From: Felis catus
Lineage: Eukaryota
Reading direction: 5' to 3'
DNA length: 64,000 nt
Assembly (NCBI RefSeq): GCF_018350175.1
Contig: NC_058368.1
Coordinates: forward strand, 31,374,001-31,438,000
Under the pieces are notes generated by a model, which saw only the letters and a list, made by a program, of their open reading frames with translations, had not been told where the DNA came from and did not search any database. Below are positions 25,190 to 38,157 of this stretch, piece by piece. Within the stretch, counting starts at the first letter, position 1. The number at the start of each line of letters is the position of its first letter. The position numbers and the translations under genes are program-made.

Positions 25190-27448
25190 TTAAAAGTATT
25201 TTTTTTAATCTGGAAAGTAACATGATCAGTTTTGCTTCTTTGAAAAAGTACCTTGGTCATAGTGGGGGAAAGTTGTTTAGAATCAAAGATAAGACAGATG
25301 GTTTCTGAAACGATTCAGGTGGAATATTATTTGGATACAAAGTAAACAGTGTAAATAAATATAAAAAGAGGAGACTGGATTTCAGAGATGTTTCTGATAT
25401 ATAACTGATGTCAAGAGGAGAAAGAAGTGGATGATTAATTAAACTTAATTGATTTGATACCAACAAGCACAACAAATAAGAAGGGAGAGGAAAAAGGGAG
25501 AAATATTTTTTGAATAGTATGTTTTATATACATGCAATATATTTAGGGAAATAGAATCCATTAGTTACTGCAAAAATAGATGCTCAACTAGAGGAGAAGG
25601 AAATGAGTATACAAATGTAGGCTTGGGAGTATCTTAAGAGGAAACAAAATAGATGAGATAACCTAAGGAAACCAATATTTCCTTCCAAGTGGTATGAAAT
25701 AAAAAAAGAAAAAGCCAGAAAAGCAAAAGTTACTATGGGATAAAGTATAGAAAGACATATTTTAAAAGGAAACATTTTAAGCTGTAGGGAATTATTTACA
25801 GTCTCAAATTCTGTACAGATATCACATAGCATGAGGATTAAAATAGCAGCTTTTTAGATTTAAACATGAGGTCCTTGCGATTTCAGCATGAACATGGTCA
25901 GTAGGGTGGTAAGGTAACAAATCATAATTTACAAGTGAGTGAGCATTGTGGAAGTTTACTACTTTGCAAAATGTACAATGTGTAGGGAAAAGCATGGAAT
26001 GGTAGAAGGTACTCTAACTTCTATGTGTGCAAGTTATTTATGGAGCCAGTGGAGATGGAAATAACAGAAGTAGGGCTAACCAACAGGATAATGTCTGAAT
26101 AAAGTTAGAGTTTAAATTAATCTGTATTTGTAAAGCCTATATTTGAAGTTAAAATGATCTTTTTTTTTTCCAGAATGAAAGGTAGTATTATAGTACTCTG
26201 AGTAAGTTTAGACTTGAATAGAATTGATATCTGATGACTACTATTTTCTCAGTTACTTGAGCAAGATATATTTTATTCAAAAAATATGGCAGTAGGGAAA
26301 ACTGATTAAGCATGTTTGGGATTGCAATACTAGAGTATAAAATGGCAAAGAACAAATAAGGATTGTTAAAAATCTTGGCCTTTGGAGGGCCTCACGAGTT
26401 AGGTAATATTCTTGCTGGATATTTCCCCTTTGGTATTATATCTTTATTTATCACCACTTTAGTATTTATCTCAGTAACACTGATTCCATTTATGTATTTG
26501 CTCCAACTAGGCAAACTAGTTAAGTTTTTATATTCTCCTACAATGATGGTCTTCCCTACTCCCACTTATTCTTTTCTAAATGCTCTCTTGAGACCACTTC
26601 TATTTCTTTAAAATGCATATATTTTTCTTGATCCACACTGTTATTAAATTAATAACATCCTCTCTCTCTGTCTCTCTCTGTCTCTCTGTCTCTCTCTCTC
26701 TTTCTCTCTCTCCCTCCCTCATTCTCCTCAGGTCTGATGTTTTGAAATAGGGAATACCATCCTACTGACACATTTGAAGCCTGAGTTCATTTATGCAGCT
26801 TCTAAGGTCATATTTACCTGCCTGTGTTATTAATATCAGGTGTACTAATTACTTCCACAACCGGAGTTGGCAAGGATTGTTCATTTTAGTCTCAAATTTT
26901 CTCTTATGTGAAGTATTTCCCCCTCAATCTTTTCCTATTTTTCCCGGATGATACTTTCTGTCTGCCTTAATGTCTTGTGTTGGAATACATGTAAGCTTTT
27001 TTCTCTACCATCATTTACATTTTATTTAACACTGTTTCTTATTCAGGCAACCATGATTCTAGGCAAAATTATACATCTTCATGAAAATCTTTCCATCATT
27101 CTATTTTTTTTAACTCATGGTCTAGAGATGCAAATCATAGTCACTGACATGACAGTCAGTTGTTCATTTTATGGGTATCCCATACTCATCAAAACCCTCA
27201 GGAACATTAGGTAGAATCAACACTTGTACTCTTGAGTTTATCATTTTTTCAAAGACATTTTCAGTGTTCCTAAAGTGTATTTAAAGCAGTTTATTGTAAA
27301 GCACAAACGAAAATTGTAAAGCACATTGTCCATACTTCTTCATCTAGTTGAAATCCACTCGTTCCCTTGCCTAAACAATTTTTATCAGTGCCCCCTCTTG
27401 ATTAAAAAATCTTACTCCTCCTTGACTTCTTAAAACTACTGCACATAA

Positions 27449-27658
27449 GCGGCGCCTGGGTGGCTCAGAGTCCTTTAAGCTTCAGCTCGGGTCATGATCT
27501 CATGGTTCCTGGGTTCAGGCCCCGCATCAGGCTCTGTGCTGACAGCTCAGAGCCTGAAGCCTGATTCGGAATCTGTGCCCCCTTCTCTCTGTGCCCCTCC
27601 CCCACTCATGCTCTGTCTCTCTCTCAAAAACAAACATTAAAAAAATTAACAAAAAAAT
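27449..27658 (+). mobile_element. Can-SINE
   Basis: ggcgcctgggtggctcag head; TSD ctactgcacat 27436-27446 / 27659-27669. Confidence 0.96.
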
Positions 27659-27856
27659 CTACTGCACATTCTATAGTACATAGTCACTATTAAAATACAT
27701 TTCATCCTTAAACTATTTTCTGAGCAACCATTTCATATTTTTGCTATGATAAAATAATTTTTTCTTCCTTAAGGATGTTGATTCACACCCAGTAGCCTGG
27801 TTGATGTTTTCTTTTCCATATCCCTCCTAAGAAGTAAGTGTCCTCCCTTCTCTCCA

Positions 27857-27935
27857 TTTCAAATTTGATGGAGGTACTAATGGAGGAAGAATACAATGTC
27901 ATCTTCCTCCATTAATACCTCCATCAAATTTGAAA
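27857..27935. repeat. Near-perfect inverted repeat (34-bp arms, 11-nt spacer)
   Basis: tttcaaatttgatggaggtactaatggaggaaga / tcttcctccattaatacctccatcaaatttgaaa; 33 of 34 positions complementary. Confidence 0.97.
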
Positions 27936-27959
27936 CTCACACAAAGATACTATGCCACC

Positions 27960-28830
27960 CCAAAACTATTTTGTTGCAAATAACTGCAGACTCATACAAT
28001 CTCTCAGTTCCTTGGATTTCTTTCCTCCAATGATCATATCCCCATACCCCATTTCAGTTGCTCTCTCATGGTCATATCTTGCTTTCCTTTGAATCTATAC
28101 ACCATCACGATTTTCTATTGTTAGACAAATCTTTTGTATGGACCCTTCAGTGCAATTATACTGCTCACTTGGTAAAATCCCAGACCTGACTTAATTTGAC
28201 TCATTGAGCATTCTGTGTCTGCCACTAACAAGCTAAGTCTTGAATGAGAGAAATACAAAATCATAATGTTCAGAATGTCATTTCAAATTAATAGTCACTA
28301 GCCTACAAATGGGTCCTTAGTGCTGAGAAACAATCATACTATATTTCTCTATGCCAATAGGTCTCCCCAAAATCAGGATATGCATTATTGATGTTTTCCT
28401 TCTCTATCAAACCTTCAGCATATGAATATGAATCATTATTCTCTGTTGAATGAGAAAATAGATACAATTAGAAGAGAGGTCTATAAGCTCTTACTATCCT
28501 GTTTACAAAATCAACAGCATTAATGTTCATCTTCTCTGGTCTCTGTGTTACTACAAACCATTTCAGACTGTACTGCTATTGACACTACCTCCTCACTTCC
28601 ACTGGTGTTCTCAGATATACCACTCCAAAATCTATCCCCTTTCAATCTTACCTCATGAATATTTTCCTTTCTCCAATCTATTACTTCACTGACATATTTT
28701 CCTTTCTCTCATGCATTATTTTCATTGACATAAAACCACTATAATTACCCACATTAGCCTTCCCTTCTAAAACTTTTTCAGTTTCTACTTCATTATTTTG
28801 CTCTTTTATAGCAGAAATTCTCAGAAGTGT
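27960..28830 (+). mobile_element. LINE-2 internal relic
   Basis: Pyrimidine-rich L2-type motifs (cctccaatgatc...tctcatggtcatatcttg; ttgaatgagaaaatagatacaattagaagaga). Confidence 0.4.
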
Positions 28831-29320
28831 TTGAGTCCTCCAACAACCAAGTGCAAAAACAGAATTGGAATTGCAGGTATTTATTTGGGAAAGTGCCTGA
28901 GAATGATATATAGTGACAGATAAGGAGTCTGCAACAAGGGTCTTAGATAATGATGTTTGTATGCCTGCTGTGAAAGACGGGAGGGAAGAAAAATTTCTGT
29001 GGGAAGAATCTTAGAACTCACGACAGTTCTAAGATTTTGGCCTGAATGATAGAGATTCCTACATCCAAACTGCTTATTAGAGAAATCTGGATTCAGCAGC
29101 AAATGTGTTAGTTTTAGTAACATTGCTGTGCTCAGTCATTGAATGAGAGATGCTGTGCTCCCATTCTCAGTGGGAGAAGCCTGGAGGAAGTGTGGTCTGG
29201 TTTGAACTTCAAGGTAAAGTAAAAGCCTCAGCAACTGGAGCCTGCCAATCACCTATGGCACCTTTAGTAGATTGTCTTAAAGGGGTATCTGAGATGCCAC
29301 AATATCTAATATCTTACTTT
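28830..29320 (-). mobile_element. ERVL solo LTR (LTR16-like)
   Basis: tgcaggtatttatttgggaaagtgcctg, gggaagaatcttaga and tgtgctcagtcattg motifs recalled from the LTR16 family. Confidence 0.5.
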
Positions 29321-29377
29321 TCCAGGAGGAATATTCATTGACCAATCCCAAGTGAGGATTCCAACCAAATGGAAGAC

Positions 29378-29922
29378 TGTAAAAGTTACAATGCCAACCA
29401 CCAGAAGCAGAAACCCACAGACTTCAGCCCACTGTGTCTCCTATGAGTTAGAGGTGGCCAATGAGGACAACACACAAGGTACTGGTTGGAATAATGCTTT
29501 ATACACAGAAAGGAGAAAAGACACAGCAAGATCAGGGTCTGTACTCATGAGGGTTTCCCATAGAGGCTCCCTCCCAAAAGCCCTCCCACCCTAAAAAGGC
29601 ATAGGGGGATGGACACTCACACCCTTCAAATGCTTCAGGTGAAGGCCACTTTCCCTTTCCAGGATGGGGCAGAGGGTGGAAGAAGGCAGATATACTGGAA
29701 TAGCTGGCCAAGTGCCATATTATGATACTCACATTAAAGAAATACAAAGAATTTCCCAGAGTACTCAGAACAAGGGGAAGTTTCCTCCCAATAAGAAAGA
29801 ATCCAAGGCCAAGAAGTTGTTCAGCACCTGCCTTCCATATAGGGGAAGGTTCCAGGCCCACTGCATTTATTGGACATTCCTGAAGACATAAAAGAGGTCA
29901 TGCCATGCCTGCTTCTCCAACA
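29378..29922 (-). mobile_element. Probable solo LTR, family not identified
   Basis: About 545-bp GC-richer block bounded TG...CA, with gctttat (antisense poly(A)-signal-like) near the left end; no TSD seen. Confidence 0.35.
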
Positions 29923-30674
29923 TTATTCTGGTTGTATTGTGATAATTATTGCTGTTCTTGTAAAAAATGATGCAATTTATTATCTTAACCATTTTTAAGG
30001 GTAGGGTTAATATATTCATAGTTGTCAAACAGATCTCTATAGCTTTTTCATCTTGCAAACCTGAAGTTCTGTACTCATTAAAACATTCCATTCCTCTCCC
30101 TTTCTCATCATTCTATTTATCATCTCTATGATAATAACTACTTTCAGTACTTCATATAAGTAGGATCATACAGTATCTGTCTTTTTCTGACTTATTTCAC
30201 TTACATAATGTCCTCAAGATTTATCTATGATGTAGCATGGGTCAGAATTTCCTTCCTTTTAAAGGCTATGTAATAGTTCATTGTATGTCTATATCACATA
30301 TTGTTTGTATATTTATCCACGGTGGACATTTGGGTTGTTTGTACCTCTTGACTATTTTAAATAGTGCTGCTATGAAGATGAGTGTGAAAATATGTCTTTA
30401 AATTATACTTTCAATTATTTTGGATATACACCCAGAAATGGGATTTCTGGACCACATGCTAATCCTATTTTTCATATTTTGAGAAATTTTCATATTGTTT
30501 TCATAGTGGTTGCACCACATTTATACTTACAGCAATCATGCATAAACATTTCATTTCTTCACATCCTTACCTCTTATTGTGTGTGTGTGTGTGTGTGTGT
30601 GTGTGCATGAGTGTGTGTGTTTAATCCATCCTAATGGGTATGCAGTGGTATGTTGTGGTTTTTGATTTGCATTT

Positions 30675-30859
30675 GGTTTTTTTTAAGTTTATTTATTTTT
30701 GTTTATTTTTGGAGAGAGGAGCAGAGGGAGAAACCCAAGCAGGTTCCACACCGTCAACGCAGAGCCCAATGTGGGGCTCAAACCCAGGAACTGTGAGATC
30801 ATGATCTGAGCCAAAATCAAGAGTGAGATGCTTAACCAACTGAGCCACCCAGGTGCCCT
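30675..30859 (-). mobile_element. Can-SINE nested in L1
   Basis: TSD gatttgcattt 30664-30674 / 30861-30871. Confidence 0.95.
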
Positions 30860-32011
30860 GGATTTGCATTTCAAGATGTTGAGCATCTTTTCATATCAAG
30901 ATGTTGGCATTTGTACATTGTCTTTAGAAATGTCTACTCAAGTCTTTGCTCACTTATAATTTGGTCATTTGGCTTTTTATTGTTGAGTTATAGAAGCCTT
31001 TTTATATATTCTAGATAGTAACAAACCTTTTATATGTGTTATTTACAAGTATTTTGCCCCATTACATATGTTGCCATTTCACTCTGTTGATTGTGTGCTT
31101 TGGTGCACAAATTTTTTAAGTTTGACGTAGGCCCATTTGTTTGTTTTTGGTATTGTGCCTGGTCTTTTGGTGTTTTTTCAGAAACTAATTGCCAAATCCA
31201 ATGTCATGAAGCATTTCTTCTATTTTCTTCTTCTAGGAATTTTATAGTTTTAGGTCTTACATTCAGATCTTTAATCCACTTTGAGTTAATTTTTATATAT
31301 GATGTAAAATAAGAATCCAACTTTGTTCTTTCGCATGTGGATATCCAGTTTTCCTAACACAATTTGTTAAGGAAACTGTCCTTTCCCCATTCTGTGTCCT
31401 TGGCATTCTGTCAAAGATTATTTGACCATATATATGTGGATTTATTTTTGTACTCTGTATTCTCTGCCATTGATTTATTGTGGCTTTTTTTACCCACTGA
31501 TTGTTAAATAGTATGTTGTTTAATTTTCACATATTTATGGATTTTCCAGTTTTCCTTGTGCTATTCATTTCTAGTTTCATTCCACTGTAATCAGAAAAGA
31601 TACTTTGTGCAATTTCAATCTTCTTGATTTTGTTAAGACTTGTTTTGTGACCTAATGCTAAGTCTATCCTGGAGAATGTTCCATGTGCACTTGAGAAGAA
31701 TGTATATTCTGCTGTTATTTGATGGAGGGTTCTGTATAAATCTTTTAGTTCCAATTGGTCTATAGTTTTGGTCAAGTCTTATTTCCTTACTGATGTTCTC
31801 TCTGGTTGTTCTATTTATTATTGAAAGTGGAGCATTGAGATATCCTATTATTATTTTGTTGTTGTCTATTTTTCCCCCTCAATTCTATTAATGTTTGTTT
31901 CATAAATTTATTAGCTCTGAGATTCGTTGCATAAATATTTATAATTATTATGTTTTCTTTGTGAATTGACCCCGTTATCATTAAATAATGTCCTTCTTTG
32001 ACACTTGTAAG

Positions 32012-32187
32012 TTTGAGAGAGAGAGAGAGAGGAGGGAAGGGGCAGAAGGAAAGGGGGAGAGAGAATTCTGAGCAGCCTCCATACCAACACAGAGCCTCAT
32101 TTGGAACTCAGTCTCATAACTGAGAGATCATGACATGAGCCAAAATCAAGAGTCAGATGCTTAACCAACTGAACCACCCAGTGCCCC
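32012..32187 (-). mobile_element. Can-SINE nested in L1 EN domain, A-tail almost absent
   Basis: GA tract and body ending gaaccacccagtgcccc; flanks cttgtaagttt / cctataagttt. Confidence 0.92.
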
Positions 32188-33034
32188 AACTCCTATAAGT
32201 TTTTTATTTAAAGTCTAGTTTAGAGTAACGTGAGTTAGTATAGCCAATTTTGCTCTCTTTTGGTTCCCATTTCATGGAATTTTTTTATATCTTTTCATTT
32301 TTAGCCTATGTGTGTCCTTAAATCTCAGGTTAATCTTTTGTGGACAAGATTCCTTATATTTGGATCCTGTTGTTTCATTCATTTAGCCATTCTATGTATT
32401 GTTTAGAAAATTTAATCCATTTATATTTAATGTAACTACTGATAAGGAAGAAGTTACTACTGCCATTTTGTTGTCTTCTGCATGTCTTATAGTTTTTTGT
32501 TGTTGTTGTTTCTTCTTTTCTTTCCTAGTGCCTTCATTTGTGTTTGGTTGACAATTTGTACTGATATGCTTTGATTCTCTTCTCATTTCCCTGACAATTA
32601 TGGGAACTGCAGAATGATATGAATAATTGGAGAAGTATCATCTCTGTATTCCTCTAAGAGATCAGGGAATAATGTGTTCTCATTTGCCCAACAATTATCC
32701 TCATTAGATAAAAATATTTATCCATTTTCATTTTTAAGAATACAAACTCTCTTCCAGATGCCAATCTGAGAACAACTTTTCAACTTTTTCTGTAAATTCT
32801 AATTTTCAGAACATGGAATTCTCACAAACAATAATGAATTTTCAAAATGGGAGAGAGAAGGAGGAGAAAAAGCAGTTATATCAGGAGGATCATTTTTGAA
32901 GGCCTTATTAAGGTTATGAAACTTTATAGGAACCATTAGAGAGATAATGAGATTAGAATTTATAAAAAGTCTGAAAGAGAATGACATTAAATTAAAGTGG
33001 GAAGGAGTGAGATCATACAAGGCCCAGTAAATCT

Positions 33035-33177
33035 GGTGATTATTAATTCCATCCTAGGTTGTCTTTGTCAATCCTGGTTTACACCTGTTGTCTTAGCATA
33101 ATTATCTAAAGGTGTTTCTTTTTTCACTCTAAAAAGTGTCTTAGTTTGTAAAACTTTTTTTTTTGTCTGATGGTCAC
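33035..33177. mobile_element. hAT-Blackjack MITE (MER94-like)
   Basis: ggtga...tcctggtttacacctgttgtcttagcataattat...ttcactctaaaaagtgtcttagtttg...atggtcac matches the MER94 consensus as recalled, with CpG decay. Confidence 0.7.
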
Positions 33178-33446
33178 AGATTTATTCTGATAGTTTAAAT
33201 GATGACCCATAGTGATGAATGATTTTAATATTATTTCACAAAGGGGTGATAAAACTTTAGGTTTTAGAATACTGGCCAATGTCAAGTAGCTAACTAGTAG
33301 AGCTCAATATTCAGTGTCTCTTTTCTTTACTCAGAGATATCTTGCTTCTGACCTTAACATTCCACCAAAACTCCGAGTTCACAATGACCTAGTCATTAAA
33401 TCCATTGGTCCCTTATATACTCTTATTAAAATCTGGGTAGCATATA

Positions 33447-33658
33447 GGGACACCTGGATGGCTCAGTCAGTTAAGCATCCGACTTCAGCTCAGGTCATGA
33501 TCTCATGGTTCATGTATTCAAGCCCCGCATTGGGCGCTGTGCTGACAGCTCATAGCCTGGAGCCTGCTGTGGATTCTGTGTCTCCCTTTCTCTGCCCCTC
33601 TGCATATCACACTCTGTCTCTCTCAGTTATAAATAAACATTTTTTAAAAATTAAAAAT
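33447..33658 (+). mobile_element. Can-SINE
   Basis: TSD aatctgggtagcatat 33430-33445 / aatctgggtagtatat 33659-33674. Confidence 0.97.
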
Positions 33659-36093
33659 AATCTGGGTAGTATATGACACTCTGGTCCATCCTAGACTTCA
33701 AAGTCACTTGCCTTTTACTTCTATATTCCACAATGTTGGGTTCCACAGCACTGACCAATTACAAGGGAAAAAGTAACAATTGTAGGACACAGAAGGATGC
33801 CTGTAAAAGAAAAAGAATGATATAATTTGTGGTTGAAGAAATTAAATGAGGTGAGATTCTCACAAATACGCTAAATGCTAAGTGGTAAAGAACTGAGAAA
33901 TGTCCATTGTGTTTAGTGGGTATGACTCAATATTCCATCTACAAGGATTTTAGTGCAGTCAGGAGGAGAGGTAATTCTTATTGAAGAATGGATAGATGTT
34001 GAGTATATAAAGATTACAAAATAAAAGCATTCTCAAAAACAATTGGCTGTATGGGAGAGTAAAAAAGTGGGTCATCAGAGCATGTATTGAAAGAGGGGAG
34101 ATAAAAAATTTCCAAAGAGAGACAGGTTTCTCAATTCAGTATTTAGGTGTTGATTTAAGTTATGTATTATAGCTTTTTTTTCTCTGTAAAATAGACACCA
34201 CTTCTGAGTGAACTAAGGGCAGAAGGGTCAGGATTTCAGAGTTAGTTTGAAATAGTGATGGCAAGAGGTAGAAAGGAATGACAATAGAAATTTATTGGAA
34301 TTATCAGTTGATAGTGGTGATCATGAGTTTATAGTATTACACATCTATCCAGTGTTGCCCTAAAATATAGCAGTTTAGAGAACAAGTGTAAAGATGATAC
34401 ATGGTGGAAAGCAATCCAAGATTAGCATTCTGCCAGTAAATTATTATGGAAGAAAATAAAAGGAAAGGAAGTTTAGCATTCTGGCTTATATGTTATATAT
34501 TTATTAAGATGTAAAGAATATATTAGCAATCTCCACCTGGTTTAGCTGACCCTATATAATGTTATCATGAGCATTTTCTTATAAAGCTTTATGCAACAAT
34601 GTATCCAAATATTGACACTATTAGCTTCCTAGGTTGAAGTTAGTCTATCATGGTAGGGACTCTGTTACCAGAAAGATACTCATTTTAATGCCAACTCTGA
34701 GACTGCTTTACTTATGTCTTTCCCTGCTGCTCTCTCTTGAATTAGGTAGTACATTAACTCTTCATCATTCTAAGAGGAGACAGCGAGTCTTGGAGGAATT
34801 AGGTATTGTACAGATTACTTTCAGTGATGAAGGAGAAAGGATGAAGACATTTATAAGCACTAGTCAGAACCTAGGGAGAGCAAGACAGTGTAAAAGCATT
34901 AGGGGAGATATGTATGTGGCTGAAACCAAAATTGTGTCAATCCTGCAAAAACATATCCATTCAAAGGAAGCAAAGAATATCTAAAATATGTATAAATAAC
35001 ATTTGAGAGATTAATTTATCCATGACAAACTTTTTCTAGTTTCATTATAATGGCATGCATTCAAAGTAAATCTATTACCATAATTCATCTTATCTACAAA
35101 CAGCACAGAACAGAATTAGTTAAACATGTCTTTTAGTTAGTCTTTTAAATGACATTTTATACTCAGAAATGTGTTGTGAACATTATTGAGACACGGTTTC
35201 TTTTCTTAATGAAGTGCATATTTTAAATGCATGATTAATATATTGCAAATGCTTTAGAATTTTGAAAGAGTATTTCAGATAGTATCCCCATATACTTTTA
35301 TTTTTCTATTCCGGTCTTAACAATAGAGAGTAATTTCAAAGCAGAAATTCCCTTGACCATGTTGCTCTCTTGCATACATTTTATCTAATATATGCAATTG
35401 CCAAACACTTCCACATTATTGTACTTCAATGAGAAGAACCATAGAGTAAAAAATATGTGTATGATTAGTAAAAATAAGACAGAGCTAAAACTTGAGCTTA
35501 AGTCTGAAAGAATCTGCTTTGGTTTTAAGTTGATTGCATCCTGAAAAATAAATTGTGCGCTTCTACTCTATGTTCTAAATTATGTAAAACATGGCATGCT
35601 GTTAAAGAATGTTATTAATTTTTTTAATTTATGATTAATCTTATTGAAAAATATTTTTGGAAAAATAAAAATAAAATTTCATATTTTTTAAACTTTTCAT
35701 ATCTTTATCCTAAAATTTGATGTTAGAAAAAAAAAAGAATGTAAGAGGGTCTTTATTCTAATCTGTGCTTTCTCCTATGCTGACTTAATATCTCTTATAC
35801 TTAGGACCTATATCATATAATGAATCATTAATTCAAAGTGTATGGTATGACCTTTTTTATTTTTATAAGACTAAAAAATTTATGAGTAAGGGAACTGTTA
35901 CAGAGTTATGTGTATTTTGCAATTTCAGCAACATATTTCTCAATCTTTTAAATGAGAGTCTTTGGGAAGATAAAATTATGCCTATGTGTTTTCATCTCTA
36001 AGTTATGGAAATAATTTTGCAAGCAATTGATATCAAGGTTTTCTCATTCAATTTTCTAAAATATACCAACCAGTTGGTATTTTTTTTATTTTA

Positions 36094-36162
36094 TATGATT
36101 GGGAAAATATCTTTTCTATGATTGGAAAAATATCTTTCATATGATTGGGAAAACACCTCTCA
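36094..36162. repeat. Three 23-bp tandem repeats
   Basis: tatgattgggaaaatatcttttc / tatgattggaaaaatatctttca / tatgattgggaaaacacctctca. Confidence 0.9.
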
Positions 36163-38157
36163 TATTTCCTGTGTTATTTGGCATGTGACTGAGATTAGGT
36201 AGCTGAAGTTGGAAAAGAAGGTGAGTTTGTTGGATGAACCAAGAGGCTATCCTATCAGCCAGCAATCAACTAGTCAGACAATGCCAAGAATGTTGGAAGG
36301 AATAGGGATGAAGAAAGAAAATCACAGGTTAAAATATTTAAGAAATGAAAGAATAAATAGAGGTCAACCAATAAAGTAAGGAAGAAACCAGATATTGTGA
36401 AGTTAATGGGAATTGTTTTAAATGAGAAGTAATGATTTGCAGGAGCTAGGAGGAAAATGCCAAACCTCTTTTTTTCCTGAGACACATGAGGCATGAATAT
36501 GAACCTTCACCTGAGAAGGCTATAGGGGAAGCAATTTTATCTATTAGAGTCAGGTTTGTTTCAGGGAATAAGGGGAATGTTTAAACAAGAGGTTAACTAT
36601 AGAGAGGACTTTTCAAATACAGAACAATAATTTCAAGAAACTTGCTAGGAAGGAAGAAGAGGGAGAATTTTCAGATGGGGGACATGTTCAGAGGTACACA
36701 GGAATGAGCATGCTATGATAATGAATTTATGAGTTAAGAGACATGTCTGTTGAATGTTCAGTGCCTGGTACAGTGTCTTGCATAACATTGGTGGTTATAA
36801 ATATTTGTTGATAAAAATAAAACAAGCAACACAATTTGTCTTTATAATGTTGTGACTGCCAACTATTAAAAACCCAGCAAAAAATTCTTCAAAATACTCA
36901 AGTAAACAATGGTTCTTGAGTATAATTTATAAAAAGTTTATTCTTCATAGCAAACTAGATGATTTCCCCAATTTGAATAATGTATAAATTTGATTTAGGT
37001 TTGGGGATTTAATCTTCATTTTAACATTTATGCAACTTAGTTGATATGAAATTGGCCACAATATTCAAGTGTCGACATAATGTGAGAAATCTGAGGAGGT
37101 CACTTTATTCACACAGATACCTCTGGCCAGAAAGCCAGCCAACCAATCAAACAAGCAAAAAACCCAAAAAAGCCAAATAAAAACATCCCACTTTTTAATA
37201 AAATCTTAATAACCATTAAAGGACAATGGCCTCATCTTAACCTTAATCGATCAATCAAAATGTGTTATGGCCACTGTGGAGTACTGAAATTCCTTTAAAT
37301 TGTGTGTACCGCCATATAGGCATAGACAACCATTAACAATAATTGTTGTAGCGTTGTGTATAGCAAAACAATAAATATTTAAACTCCTGCATATGCAGAC
37401 AGAAGCCAGTACAAAACACAAAAAGTATCTTTATGTCATTATTCCAGATTAGGGATAAGTCAAATGATGACTCATTTAATATTAATAACAAGTATAGATG
37501 CCATGAAGAATAAATATTTAATGCCCTGTCAAACCTATTGTTCCATCCTAAACTTTGTTGACAGCATCATTTTGAAATGTACTTTCCAGTAGCCAGTTGC
37601 CATGTTCATTTTATCTATATTTTCTCATTTATAGTCAACACATTTAATTATTAACAGGAACTTGAAATGAATTTTACTAAATCTCCTAACTTACAGGAGA
37701 GGACACTAAGGAACAGACAGTAAGGTCAGAGAGCCAAGAAGTAACAAGATATGAGTCCGTATCTGCTAATTCTCTGTTCAATGTTTTTACAGTTCTCCCT
37801 CATTTCAGTTTGATTGTATATGTTGAACTGTGCAAGCTGTTTCATGTGACAAAGATGAAAGAGGCAGGAATCTGTTTTGAAGGTGTTTAAAAGTAAGGAG
37901 GGATGAAGTGAGACAATGCATGTATTATTAAATTTTGGAATAAGATGGCTTTTAAGAAAAGAATAAAGCAAATACATCCAGAGTTCAAAGTATAATGCAA
38001 TCATGTTAAATTGGGAGTGTCAGGAAAGAGGTCAGTGGTAGTGATCGAAAGTTACCTTAAATGATAGGACCTAACCATGAGGGGTGTGTTTTCAGGTCAT
38101 AGAGTAATACAGCCAATGACAGGAAAGAAGGCAGTAGTTAAGAGTGAGCATTTTGCT

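Larger units (their letters stand above)
29965..32590 (-). mobile_element. Older LINE-1 (L1MA/L1MB-like): 3' end joined to EN domain, RT missing; two nested SINEs
   Basis: 3' UTR from about 29965; ORF2 C-terminal region to about 31485; EN peptide DLYRTLHQITAEYTFFSSAHGTFSRIDLALGHK...SDYSGMKLE; ORF2 start MAVVTSSLSVVTLNINGLN at about 32466. Confidence 0.9.

Noticed and set aside
36094..36162. Mini CRISPR-like array
   Set aside because: Units are contiguous with no unique spacers, and the context is eukaryotic.
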